In this document: piece by piece, positions 40,315 through 52,306 of the stretch
Layout: the number at the start of each line of letters is the position of its first letter
Numbering within the stretch: the stretch's first letter is position 1
Assembly: GCA_951406725.2 (NCBI GenBank)
Contig: OX597823.1
Coordinates: 84,072,001 to 84,136,000, forward strand
DNA: 64,000 nucleotides
DNA from: Octopus vulgaris
Taxonomy: Eukaryota
Reading direction: 5' to 3'
Notes under the pieces: generated by a model
Databases searched by the model: none
What the model was told of the DNA's origin: nothing
The model's input: the letters and a program-made list of their open reading frames with translations, nothing else
Translations under genes and position numbers: made by a program

Positions 40315-40470
40315 ATTCAGACAAGTGCTGATGGGTATCCATCATACAGACGAAGAAAACCAGAAGACATCGGCTTCACAGCAACTATCGGACAGCACGG
40401 GGTTGATAATAGATTGATTATTCCCTAATACCCAATCCTGCCAAAGACTTTCCATGCCCACAGTAACGTT
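40315..40470 (+). pseudogene. Helitron Rep/helicase coding relic
   Basis: IQTSADGYPSYRRRKPEDIGFTATIGQHGVDNRLIIP*YPILPKTFHAHSNV resembles the conserved Helitron Rep segment DGYP.YRRR...DNRW(I/V)VPYNP.L...(F/Y).AHINVE. Confidence 0.75.
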
Positions 40471-40574
40471 GTCCCCTATATCTATTTTTAAAATCAATAG
40501 TACTCCCTATATAAATTTTCCTATGTCACGTAGGACTTACTGAACTAACTTCGCATATATACTGAACTAACTTC

Positions 40575-40617
<43 letters not shown>

Positions 40618-40631
40618 CGTGTGTGTGTAAA

Positions 40632-40699
<68 letters not shown>

Positions 40700-41026
40700 T
40701 ACATATATATATATATACATATATATGTGTGTGTACATATGTATAACTCTTATATAAAATCCGTTCTGTGTGTGTGTGTGTCTTCTCGGATCTCGGGCAT
40801 CCTCCATCCGATTGCGCTCAAATTTGATATGTAGATACCGACGGTATCAGGGAGTGTATAAGTCTTGAAAAAATTACGAAAATCGATTCCAGGTGAGAAT
40901 AGATCGATGAAGCCGTTTTTGTCCTCCTTTTCCGTCAACCTGTACATAACTGCACCTTCCATTTTTTGTTGTTTTTGTACTGTTTAAAGGCACGTTTCTT
41001 TCCTACCAAGCTTACTGTTTAAACCG

Positions 41027-41411
41027 TGGAGGCGCAATGGCCCAGTGGTTAGGGCAGCGGACTCGCGGTTATAGGATCGCGGTTTCGATTCCCAGACCGG
41101 GCGTTGTGAGTGTTTATTGAGCGAAAACACCTAAAGTTCCACGAGGCTCCGGCAGGGGATGGTGGTGATCCCTGCTGTACTCTTTCACCACAACTTTCTC
41201 TCACTCTTACTTCCTGTTTCTGTTGTACCTGTATTTCAAAGGGCCGGCCTTGTCACTCTCTGTGTCACGCTGAATATTCCCGAGAACTACGTTAAGGGTA
41301 CACGTGTCTGTGGAGTGCTCAGTCACTTACACGTTAATTTCACGAGCAGGCTGTTCCGCTGATCGGATCAACCGGAACCCTCATCGTCGTAACCGACGGA
41401 GTGCTTCCATG
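41027..41411 (+). mobile_element. tRNA-derived SINE with a 12-bp TSD
   Basis: A/B boxes TGGCCCAGTGG / GTTTCGATTCC; ACTGTTTAAACC duplicated on both sides. Confidence 0.85.
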
Positions 41412-41762
41412 ACTGTTTAAACCAAGTTTGTGTTCTCCCAGTCAACAGCCTTATCATTACTGGTACTTTAAACACTTTGATTGCATATTTGTGTAAATAA
41501 AATCGTTTTTCTTTGGAATAGTAAAAAAGTCTATTTTTATTTCTTCTTTTGCTTGTGTCTCAAATTTAGGTTAAATCAGTGTTTCTCAAAGGGGAGGCCT
41601 ATGGGACGGTCGGACAAGTTGCTTTGAGAAAATTTGGTTTAAATGTTTGACAACTCAGCACCGTCCATTGGATGGGGGGCGTTTTGCTCGTATATGCTTA
41701 TTTATACACACACACACACATATATATGTATGTATATCACACTTATGTATATATACATCCAT

Positions 41763-41804
<42 letters not shown>

Positions 41805-41839
41805 GTGTATGTATGTATGTATGTATGTATGTATGTATG

Positions 41840-41913
<74 letters not shown>

Positions 41914-42073
41914 TATATCGAAACGTTAAACACTTGTTTTATTTATATTTCCTGAGCGCCATACTAATACAATTGTTTGTTTGTATTCCACCAGCCTTCG
42001 TCTTTTGTTTATTTCCGTAAACCTGCCTTCGTCTTTTGTCTATTTTCATAAAGCTTCCCGTTATATATATATA

Positions 42074-43536
42074 CTAGCAGTATCGCCCGGCGTTGCTCAG
42101 GTTTGTAAGGGAAATAACTATATAAGCATTTTTAGAGAGTTATTTCCCTTATAGATGCCAATTCGGGCTTTCTTAGCCATTTCTGTTTTGGTGTCTTCAA
42201 GCCATGAAGTCGTTGTTCTAAAAGAACGCTGGTCTCCTTGAAAACGCTTTACGACGTTGATTTCCTTACACTCCCTTCCCCACAGCTTCACGAGGGAGGG
42301 AAGAAGGGGGAGAAGGAAACAGGTGCAGGTGTGAGCATGGACGCCAACTCCGCCGCCATCGACACACGAAAAATTATGCATTAAAATGGAATAAAAAATG
42401 ATGTTAAATTATTTTTAAAATCGTAGACTCATCGTAGACGCGCGCTAATACTCAGACGGGCTTGATATGAATCACGACTATAAGATACCCGAATTTGGTT
42501 AAACTGCACCGCAAAATGTGGGAGGAGTTATGAATCTAAATCGAAGGGGACAGACACTCACACAACTACAGTTTTATATATATAGACTAGCAGTATCGCC
42601 CGGCGTTGCTCGGGTTTGTAAGGGAAATAACTACATAAGCATTTTTAGAGAGTTACTTCCCTTATAGATGCCAATTCGGGCTTTCTTAGCCATTTCTGTT
42701 TTGGTGTCTTCAAGCCATGAAGTCGTTGTTCTAAAAGAACGCTGGTCTCCTTGACAACGCATTACGACGCTGATTTCCTTACACTCCCTTCCCCACAGCT
42801 TCACGAGGGAGGGAAGGGGGAGAAGCAAACAGGTGCAGCTGTGAGCGTGGACGCCAACTCCGCCGCCATCGACACACGAAAAATTATGCATTAAAATGGA
42901 ATAAAAAATGATGTTAAATTATTTCTAAAATCGTAGACTCATCGTTGACGCGCGCTAATAGCCAGACGGGCTCGATATGAATCACGACTATAAGATACCC
43001 GAATTTGGTTAAACTGCACCGCAAAATGTGGGAGGAGTTAGGAATCTAAATCGAAGGGGACAGACACTCACACAACTAGAGTTTTATATATATACTAGCA
43101 GTATCGCCCGGCGTTGCTCGGGTTTGTAAGGGAAATAACTATATAAGCATTTTTAGAGAGTTACTTCCCTTATAAATTCGGGCTTTCTTAGCCATTTTTG
43201 TTTTGGTGTCTTCAAGCCATGAAGTCGTTGTTCTAAAAGAACGCTGGTTTCCTTCACAACGCATTACGACGTTGATTTCTTTACACTCCCTTCCCCACAG
43301 CTTCACGAGGGAGGGAAGGGGGAGAAGCAAACAGGTGCAGCTAACTCCGCCGCCATCGACATACGATGCATTTTATGCATTAAAATGGAATAAAAAATGA
43401 TGTTAAATTATTTTTAAAATCGTAGACTCATAAGATACCCGAATTTGGTTAAACTGCACCGCAAAATTTGGGAGGAGTTAGGAATCTAAATCGAAGGGGA
43501 CAGACACTCACACAACTAGAGTTTTATATATATAGA
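42074..43536 (-). mobile_element. Head-to-tail trimer of a non-autonomous Helitron (42074-42586, 42587-43094, 43095-43536)
   Basis: Each unit has the 3' hairpin CCCGAGCAACGCCGGG plus CTAG on the minus strand. The first junction reads CTAG|TC with no spacer, and the array sits in (TA)n. Confidence 0.9.
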
Positions 43537-44254
43537 TATATATATATATAATACAAAATAAGAAAATTGAGGAAAACACTTCCATTTTCTTAGTTTGTAT
43601 TATGAATTTGTGGTGAAACATTTTACCTCCGCCCATATAATACAGTGAATGAATTAATTGCATCGCAATTCTTAACATTTATGTGTTAACTCTATTGGGT
43701 GCTTTACTGGTAGTATATTGGATATATGTTATCCCATCGTGGGTTACACTCACAAACCCTATCTCAATTTGTATATATATATATATATATAATTATTTCT
43801 TGCTCACTTTCTATATATGTACATTGCCTGCAAATCACACAGACATATGTGTGTATGCATACACACCCCACGTTCTTTTTCATATTCGTTTACCACATGT
43901 TGTTGTTCATCTATTACACTATTAAAAAATTGGGTAGGGCTGTAGTGAGACGACTCGGATCATTCACGATGTGAATTTTCCGAGTCCTCTCCCCCACCCC
44001 CGTTCGCCAGCTCGCATTTTTTCTCATATTCGTTTACTACATGTTGTTTTACACCTATTACACTATTTTTTTTTTTTTTGCTCGGGTCAAACCCTCAACC
44101 ACATGGTTTCGGGTTCATACCCACTACGTGGCACCTTGGATAAGTGTCTTCTACTTTCGGTTCGGGCCGACCAAAGAGCTTTGTGAGTGGATTTCGTAGG
44201 CGGAAACTGAAAGAAGCACGTCGTACATCACATGCAAACATATATATATATGTA

Positions 44255-44289
<35 letters not shown>

Positions 44290-45551
44290 ATGTATGTATG
44301 TATGTATGTATTTATGTATGTATGTATGTATGTATGTATGTGTGTGTGTGTGTTTGTGTCTATGTTTGTCCCCCAACCCACTGCTTGACAGCTGATGTTG
44401 GTGTGTTTACGTTTCAGTAACTTTGCGGCTCGGCAAAATGGAAGATAGAATAAATACTAGGCTTACAAAAAGAAGTCCCGTGGTCGATTTCTCCTACTAA
44501 AAAATCCCTCTTAGGCGGTGCTCCAGCATGACCACAGTCAAATGACCGAAACAAGTAAAAGAACATATATACATATGTGTGTGTGTGTATAATATAATAT
44601 AAAATCATTAGTATTTCAATCATTTGGAGAGAGGGAAAGTCATTTGTGATGTAACTATGTTACTGCTAGTTAATTTATAGACCCCAGAAAACCATTAAAT
44701 GCCGAGTCGATGCCGGCGAAAGGCATTCAGAAATCTCCCCCACCTTCACCCCATAAAAACTGTACTTTTATTCCATTTCTTCATTTTTTTATAAACGAGG
44801 TCGTCTGTGTTTACTCTTCCGTCTCACCGAAATATCTGGTGGAAGATTATAGCTCTTTCAGTACATGTTCCTTTGTATTTTGGAGTGATTTAAGTTTTTT
44901 TTCTCTTTTTTTTTTGCGAAAAACACCACTATCCCAAGCTGTGGTATAATTTAATCGAAAAAGTAACGCATTTTTATTTTATCTATTCTATTATTATTGT
45001 CCCTTTAGTTCTGTAAAGTGCATCCTGTTGCAGGTAGTTTTCAATTTTAATTATTAATATATATATATATAAAATAAACCATTTAAAGTTCTGAAGACTA
45101 GTATTGGAATCAGAAATTTATAGGCCACTGTGTGTACTACTAAAACATACATAACAAGGTCCCCCAATTTTTCTTTAGTTAACTACTACATAAAATATAT
45201 ATATCAAGCATATTCAATAATTTCTTTTAAGTCAATAATATCAATTACGAATACAAATGACTGACGATACAAAATCTTACGGGAGTTTTTATTTAAAAAC
45301 ACCTGAGCAGTCAGCAGAAAATAATTTCCCCTCAGTTGATTTGTTAATATTATTTATTACAAAAAGAAAGTAAAATAAAAATTATTAAATCATTCATAAT
45401 ATACTCGATTCCTTAAAAATAAAGCTATTATTACGATTTCTCACGATAATATAGATAGATATATTTTATTTTCCACTCAGTTTTTAATTCACACTCGTTA
45501 GAAGGTGATTATCCAATGGAAATCTCACACATATTTTTTCATACCGTCAAT

Positions 45552-45569
45552 ATGGCAGCCGCCAGAATG
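45552..45569 (+). CDS. UGGT: UGGT putative coding exon 1 (MAAARM)
   Basis: AATATGG start context followed by a consensus donor ATG|GTGAGT. Phase 0 joins exon 2 to complete a signal peptide. Inferred without transcript data. Confidence 0.65.
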
Positions 45570-47072
45570 GTGAGTGTCTCTTCACATCGCTTCACTTTCA
45601 CCTTAAAACTTCATTAATTATTTAACTAAATTCTAATTATAAAGCATCACAGCTTCATACTCTTGTTTCAGATTTTGATATTTAATTACGTTTCAAGAAA
45701 ATATAAGTTTTCTGTAGATTAATTCCCCGCAAATGCCGTCGAACCAAGGCAAGTCGGTGTCTCCCGGTAAATCCGTAAACAAACCATTCTCTAGCAGACG
45801 TGGACAATTTCTATTTCTATATCACCGGCTAATTTGCTAATATATATTTTATATCTGCTATATATTATCACCATACTCCTTCTTTCCTTTTTAAATTTCA
45901 TTCGACACCGCTCAAAAATAAATTAACAGGAATTTTAGAACCAAAATTGTATTTTTTTCGATAATATAAATACAATACAACGGCAGAGTTATTTTTCTCT
46001 GAAAATATATTTATTTAATCATGTTTCATCGTTGTTCAGTATTCTTACATCACCGAGTACTGTATTTATGGCTTCATCTCCCGTTTCTCTCTCTCTCTCT
46101 CTCTCTCTTTTTTTTCCTGACGAATAAATTCTTTTTGTCCACTCGTTACAGTGGCCCTTTGGTTAAACCGTTGGAGCGTCCGCTTCTTTGCGTTTTGAGT
46201 TCAGATCCCGCTTGGGAATTAAATTTCCTTTTTCATTCTTCCCGGAATCAGTCAAACACTCAATGATCACTTCCTCCTCTCATTCTCTCATTCGGCTGCG
46301 CTGTAAGAATCGAAGGGCTCCAATCGTAGTGCCCTTTATCTCCAAGACAACCACTTCTATTACAAAGGAAGAAAGTGGCCCTATCTGCGTATAAAACAGG
46401 CTGTTAAGGAATGCACTTATTGACATTCCTTTGTAGGCAGGTGGTCTACTATTCTTCAGAAGCAAAAACATAAATCCTGTTTTGTATTCTCTCTCCTTTG
46501 TTTTTTTTTTCTCATAAAATACGAAAAAGAAAAAATGCGTGTAAGCGTCGTTAAATGTTTCCAGTAATTTCAATAAGTGTTTTCCAGTAATTTAAGCGAC
46601 AAAATTCTCAACCAAAATATTGGAACACGTTCGTATATTATTGTATAATATATCGAAGAAAAAAACAAAGAACGTTCAATAAATACTTAAGATTTCTTTT
46701 ACTCGTTTCACTCATTAGACTACGGCCATGCTGGGGCACCGCCTTGAAAACTTTTTAGTCGCATGAATCAACCCCAATACTTATTTTTTGTAAAACCTGG
46801 TACTTATTCTACCGGTCTCTTTTGCCCAGCCTCTAAACACCACCGGTTGTCAAGTGTGAGTGGAGGACACAAACACAGAGGCACGCGCGCACACACGATA
46901 GGCTTCTGTCAGTTTCCTTCTACTTAATCCACTAACAAGGCTTTGATCGGCTTGAGGCAATACTAGAAGACCCTTGCCCAAGGTGTCATACAATGGGACT
47001 GAAACTGGAACCATGTGGTTGGGAAGCAGACTTCTTATCACACAATCAGTCCTAATCTTATAAAATATTAGC

Positions 47073-47137
47073 CTCCCCAATGGGGAATCGGTCTCCAGTT
47101 TCCCACGTAACAGGCAGGGATACTTACCACTATACTA
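47073..47137 (-). pseudogene. tRNA-Asp-derived pseudogene, 5' end lost at a SINE junction
   Basis: Minus strand TAGTATAGTGGTAAGTATCCCTGCCTGTTACGTGGGAAACTGGAGACCGATTCCCCATTGGGGAG is collinear with metazoan tRNA-Asp(GTC). Anticodon reads GTT and the T-loop is damaged. Confidence 0.75.
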
Positions 47138-47787
47138 CTCTTTTACTTGTTTCAGTCATTTAACTGCGACCATGCTGGGGCACTGCCTTTTAGTCGTGCA
47201 AATCGACCCCAGGACTAATTCTTTGGAAACCTAGTACTTATTTTATCGGTCTCTTATGCTGAACCGGCAAGTTGCAGGGACGTTCACCAGCATCGGTTGT
47301 CAAGCGATGTTGGGGGGGGGGGGACAAACACAGACACACACACACATACACACACACACACACACATATACGACAGTCTTCCTTCAGTTTCCGTCTACCA
47401 AATCCACTCACAAGGCTTTGGTTGGCCCGAGGCTATAGTAGAAGACAATTGCCCAAGGTGTCACACAGTGAGACTGAACCCGGAACCATGTGGTTGGTAA
47501 GCAAGGTACTTACCACACAGCCACTCCTGCGCCTACTAATTACTACTAAGTAATTTTAATTTAACTTATTGAATTCTTTCATGCAGTAAGCTGGCAGAAT
47601 CATTAGAGCATTGGTCAGCTTTGCCTTTCATCCCTCTGGGGTCTATAAAATAAACAACCCATGAAGTGCTGAGGTCAGTGCTATTGACTTATCTCCTTGA
47701 TCTAAAATTACTGATCTTATTCCTAAACCACAAACTATTTCTGAATTCTTCATACTGAAAGTAATTTATCTATTATTAAATGAAGGC

Positions 47788-48445
47788 ACATGCAAGAGAG
47801 ATGTTTGCACTGGTGTGGTCATGTACTATGGATGGATGAGGAGAGATGTGTGAAGAAGTGCCACTCCCAAACAGTTGAAGGAATCTGGGGTAGAGGTAGA
47901 CACAGGAAAACATGGGATGAGGTGGTCAAGCATGACCTTCGAACGTTGGGCCTCACAGAGGCAATGATGAAAGACCGAGACTTCTGGAGATATGCTGTGA
48001 CTGTGAAGACCCAACAAATAACATGAGTTCATGGCTGTTTCCTACACCAGCTTCACATAGCAGCCCCAGCCCATCCAAAGTATCTTGGATCACAGGACAG
48101 CTTGCTATGCTTACCTTGGATCCTGCTGTGCTTGAGGAGACCTATTGAGTTGAGTACATCAAAATAAAAATCAAATGGAAATTGTAGTTGTGATACCCAT
48201 GCTGGTAGCACATAAAAAGCACCAACCAAACGTGGATGTTGCCAGCCTCCCCTGACACCTGTACCGGTGGCACATAAGAAGCACCCACTACCCTCATGGA
48301 GTGGTTGGTGTTAGGAAGGGCATCCAGCTGTAGAAACACTGCTGGATCAGACTGGAGCCTTGTGCAGCCTCCTGGCTTCCCAGACCCTGGTCAAACCGTC
48401 CTACTCATGCTAGCCTGGAAAATGGACATTAAACGATGATGATGA
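47788..48445 (+). mobile_element. RTE LINE 3' fragment with (GAT)n tail
   Basis: RCLHWCGHVLWMDEERCVKK...GRGRHRKTW...DRDFWR*; long UTR ending CATTAAACGATGATGATGA. UTR-only copies lie at about 50305, 56390-56870, 58425 and 61740. Confidence 0.85.
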
Positions 48446-49825
48446 CATGGCTCAGTGGTTAGAGCATCGGGCTCACAATCATGAGGTAGTGAGTTTGATT
48501 CCTGGACTGGGTTGTGTGTCATGTTCTTGAGCAAGACACTTTATTTCACGTTGCTCCAGTTCACTCAGCTTTAGAAATGAGTTGTAACATCACTGGTGCC
48601 AAGCTGCATCAGCCTTTGCCTTTCCTTTGGATAACAGCAGTGGCATAGAGGACAGAGGCTGGTATAGATAGATGACTGGGTCTTCCATAAACAACCTGCC
48701 TGGACTTGTACCTCAGAGGGGAACTTTCTAGGTGCAATCCCATGGTCATTTGTGATTAAAAGCGGTCTTCTTTTTAAATGATATTAAAAAACTGTTATAA
48801 AAATATTCTTTGCAGTCTTCAATATTATTGTTTAACTATAACTGGCAGTTGGTTGGTTACAACAACAAGGTTGGAAATAAATCAGATATTAGTGACAAAA
48901 GCAGTATTATTACCAAATGGCAGTCTTTAAATTCTGCTTAATGTACATGCATTATAAGAGTGCAATAATACTGCAGTGTTTATCCTCATAAAGCTTTTCG
49001 TATAGACATTTAATGCATAAAGACATTGAGTACCATCCTGCACATATGTATAAGGCAAGCAGAAAACCATGCACCAAAACATTTTATGTAAGGTGGCACG
49101 CTGGCAGAATCACTAACACATCAGGCAAAATGTTTAGCAGCATTTCGTCTGTCCTTACATTCTGAGTTCAAATTTCACTGAGGTCGACTTTACCATTCAT
49201 CCTTTCAAGCTTGATGAAATAAGTACCAGTTGAATACTGGGGTCAGTGTTATCAACTTACTCCTTCCCCCCAAAATTTCAGGCCTTGTGCCTATAGTAAA
49301 AAAGGGTTCTTATTATTAAGGTGGTGAATTGACAGAATTGTTTGCACACCTGTCAAAATGCTTAGAGGTATTTTGTCTGACTTTACGTTGTGAGTTCAAA
49401 TTCCACTGAGGTCGACTTTGCCTTTCATCCTTTCGAAGTCAATGAATTAAGTACCAGTTAAGTACTGGAGTTGATGTGATCAACTATCTCCTTCCACTCA
49501 AATTCCAGGCCTTGTGCTTATAGTAGAAAGGATTATTTTTATTTTTATTATTGAATGAAATGGCAGTGCATGCCATCAAAGTGACACTGGGGTTCAATTA
49601 TATAAAGCCCAATATACCTATCATGACTACCCATCTGATAAGGGTACACCAGGCACATGCATCACAACCATATGTGTACGACATGGTGATCTTTTATCAA
49701 GATAAACAGCGCATGACCTTGCAGATAGGGCCTAGTTAGAATTTTCTTCAGGTTGAATCACCTATCCCACTCAAAAGGTGCCTGATTAACTTATTTTACC
49801 TGTATATTACGTGTGTGTGTGTGTG

Positions 49826-50072
49826 TGTGTAATGTATGCCAGAAGGTCTGCAAATCTGACAGAGTCCTCATAACATTTTAAGATCCACAAAGATCAGAAC
49901 TTAACTGCAGCTCTTGGAGGTCCAAATCGGATACGCAGTCTATGTAGGTGTCTTTCAAAACATTGTCTGGTTCAAAAAGGCCACATCAGATGCCATGATG
50001 GTTCTAAATTGTAAGTACAGGAGATGGTCAAACTCTGCATAAGGAGTAGACAACCACCATATGCATGTAAAT
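49826..50072 (+). mobile_element. Degenerate RTE-like LINE 3' end with C2H2 motifs
   Basis: CNVCQKVCKS...HFKIH...KGHIRCH across frameshifts, then a short UTR. Confidence 0.4.
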
Positions 50073-51279
50073 GTTTACCCAAATGTCATGTACATGTGGA
50101 CTATTACATATGCTCTGATATGCACTGATGAAGAATATGAGATGTCTGTTGAATGGCAATCCAGACACATACTATCATCTATCCACTCTTTCTGACTAGA
50201 TGTTATTGTTTTATCTCAGGGTGACTGTGTTGGAGCAGACTTATGAACAAAGGCTTTCCTGCCATAACCTTCTAATTTTTTTAGGTACTTCTTGGCATCA
50301 ACAGCATCATCATCATCGTCGTTTAATGTCCGTTTTCCATGCTGGCATGGATTGGCTGGTTCGACCGGGGTCTGGGAAGCCAGGAGGCTGCACCAGGCTC
50401 CAGCCTAATTTGGTAGTGTTTCTACAGCTGGATTCCCTTCCTAATGCCAACCACTCCGTGAGTGTAGTGGGTGCTTTTTACGTGCCACTCAAGGTGGCGC
50501 TGGCATCGACCACGTACGGATGGTGCTTTTTACGTGCCACCAACACAGGTGCCAGGGGAGGCTGGCAAATGGCCACGATCGGTTGGTGCCTTTTACGTGT
50601 CACCAACACAGATGCCAGTCAGCGCTGGCATCAGCCATGTTCGGATGGTGCTTTTACATGCCATATATATTTATATGTATATACATCTTTGTGTTTCTCC
50701 TCCATCACTGTGTGACACAATGTTGGTTTGTTTATGTTCCTGTAACTTCGCAGTTTAGTAAAAGAGACCGATAGAATGAGTACTAGACTTTTAAGACAAA
50801 ATTAGTATGGGGATTTGACTTACTTGACTAAACTATTCAAGATGGTGCCCCAGCATGACCCTAGCCTGATTATTGTAACCAGTGAAAGGTCATGTTTAAA
50901 AGTATCACTTAGTGTCTTCTTGACCTAGGGCAGGGTGCAGTACTTGTCATATAACACAAACTATGAATTAATTAATTACTTGATTCCTGAGCAAACTCAA
51001 TCGAGGTTTGTTCTGGTCAAACCACTATGGCACTTTTCATTTTGAGTCAATGTTTTCTTTCTACTCTCTCTGGCTATAAATTAAAACTACCTAAAAGCAG
51101 GTTGATACACACAGGCATATTGGGTGCATATCCAGTGGTACATATCCAGGTTAAAACATGTTTTTAGTGCATAAGAGAACCTTCTTATGGGAGTTCCAAT
51201 GACTCACATATCGGACCTAGGGTGATTTTTTTGTGATTTTTTTTCTTCTCTTGTAAAAATATGTCCTATATGCCTTTAA

Positions 51280-51907
51280 CCCTTTAGCGTTTAAAGCAGC
51301 CATATCTGGCCCAAATGTTTGATCTGTTTTATGTTCAAAGTAGGCGCAGGAGTGGCTGTGTGGTAAGTAGCTTGCTTACCAACCACATGATTCTGAGTTC
51401 AGTTCCACTGCATGGCACCTTGGGCAAGTGTCTTCTACTATAGCCTCCGGTCGACCAAAGCCTTGTGGGTGTATTTGGTAGATGGAAACTGAAAGAAGCC
51501 CGTCATATATGTGTATGTATATATATGTATGTGTGTGTGTATATGTTTGTGTGTCTGTGTTTGTCCCCCCAACATCGCTTGACAACCGATGCTGGTGTGT
51601 TTACGCCCCCGTAACTTAGTGGTTCGGAAAAAGTCAGACCGATAGAATAAGTACTAGGCTTCCAAAGAATAAGTCCTGGGGTCGATTTGCTCGACTAAAG
51701 GCGGTGCTCCAGCATGGCTGCAGTCAAATGACTGAAACAAGTAAAAGAGTAAACCAGCTGTATCCTGTCTCTTACACCTATTCTACAATGTCATCCTAAA
51801 AACAAACATCTTAGAAATCTCAGAGCTACAAGATAATACAGTAGTAATTTTTATAAATGTGAATAAAAAAGCATTACATTTGATAAAGTAATCTGAATGT
51901 TAAAGGT
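51280..51907. mobile_element. piggyBac-like MITE interrupted by a SINE
   Basis: TTAA|CCCTTTAGCGTT ... AATGTTAAAGGT|TTAA; a CORE SINE is inserted at 51342-51752. A related end lies at 60435-60546 (minus). Confidence 0.6.
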
Positions 51908-52249
51908 TTAAATACTGTTCGTTGTGGAAGTTTAGTAAAAATTGTATATGAAAATTGCACTACACCCATTATTTCCCCAGAGTTGTGGGTGTGGTCTGTT
52001 CTGTGTCCTGGTTTTTATAGCATTCAGCAGGAGACAGACTCATCGTATTCCACCTCCTGTGAGACCACTCGTCTGTGAGGAGAAAATTTTGTGCTTGGCT
52101 GTATGGTAAGAAGTTTGCTTTTCCAACCACATGGTTCCAGGTTCAGTCCCACTGTGTGGCACTTTGGGCAGGTGTCTTCTACTATATCCTTGGATCACCC
52201 AAAGCCATGTGAGTGGATTTGGTTGATGGAAACTGAAAGAAGACTATTG

Positions 52250-52306
<57 letters not shown>

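Noticed and set aside
41027-41100. tRNA-like cloverleaf (also 62783 and 1800-1872)
   Set aside because: SINE heads that continue into SINE bodies with TSDs, not tRNA genes.
45505-45810. CCAAT box and AGACGTGG as ERSE/UPRE elements for an ER gene
   Set aside because: CCAAT is not followed by N9-CCACG, and the ACGTGG hexamer alone is expected by chance.
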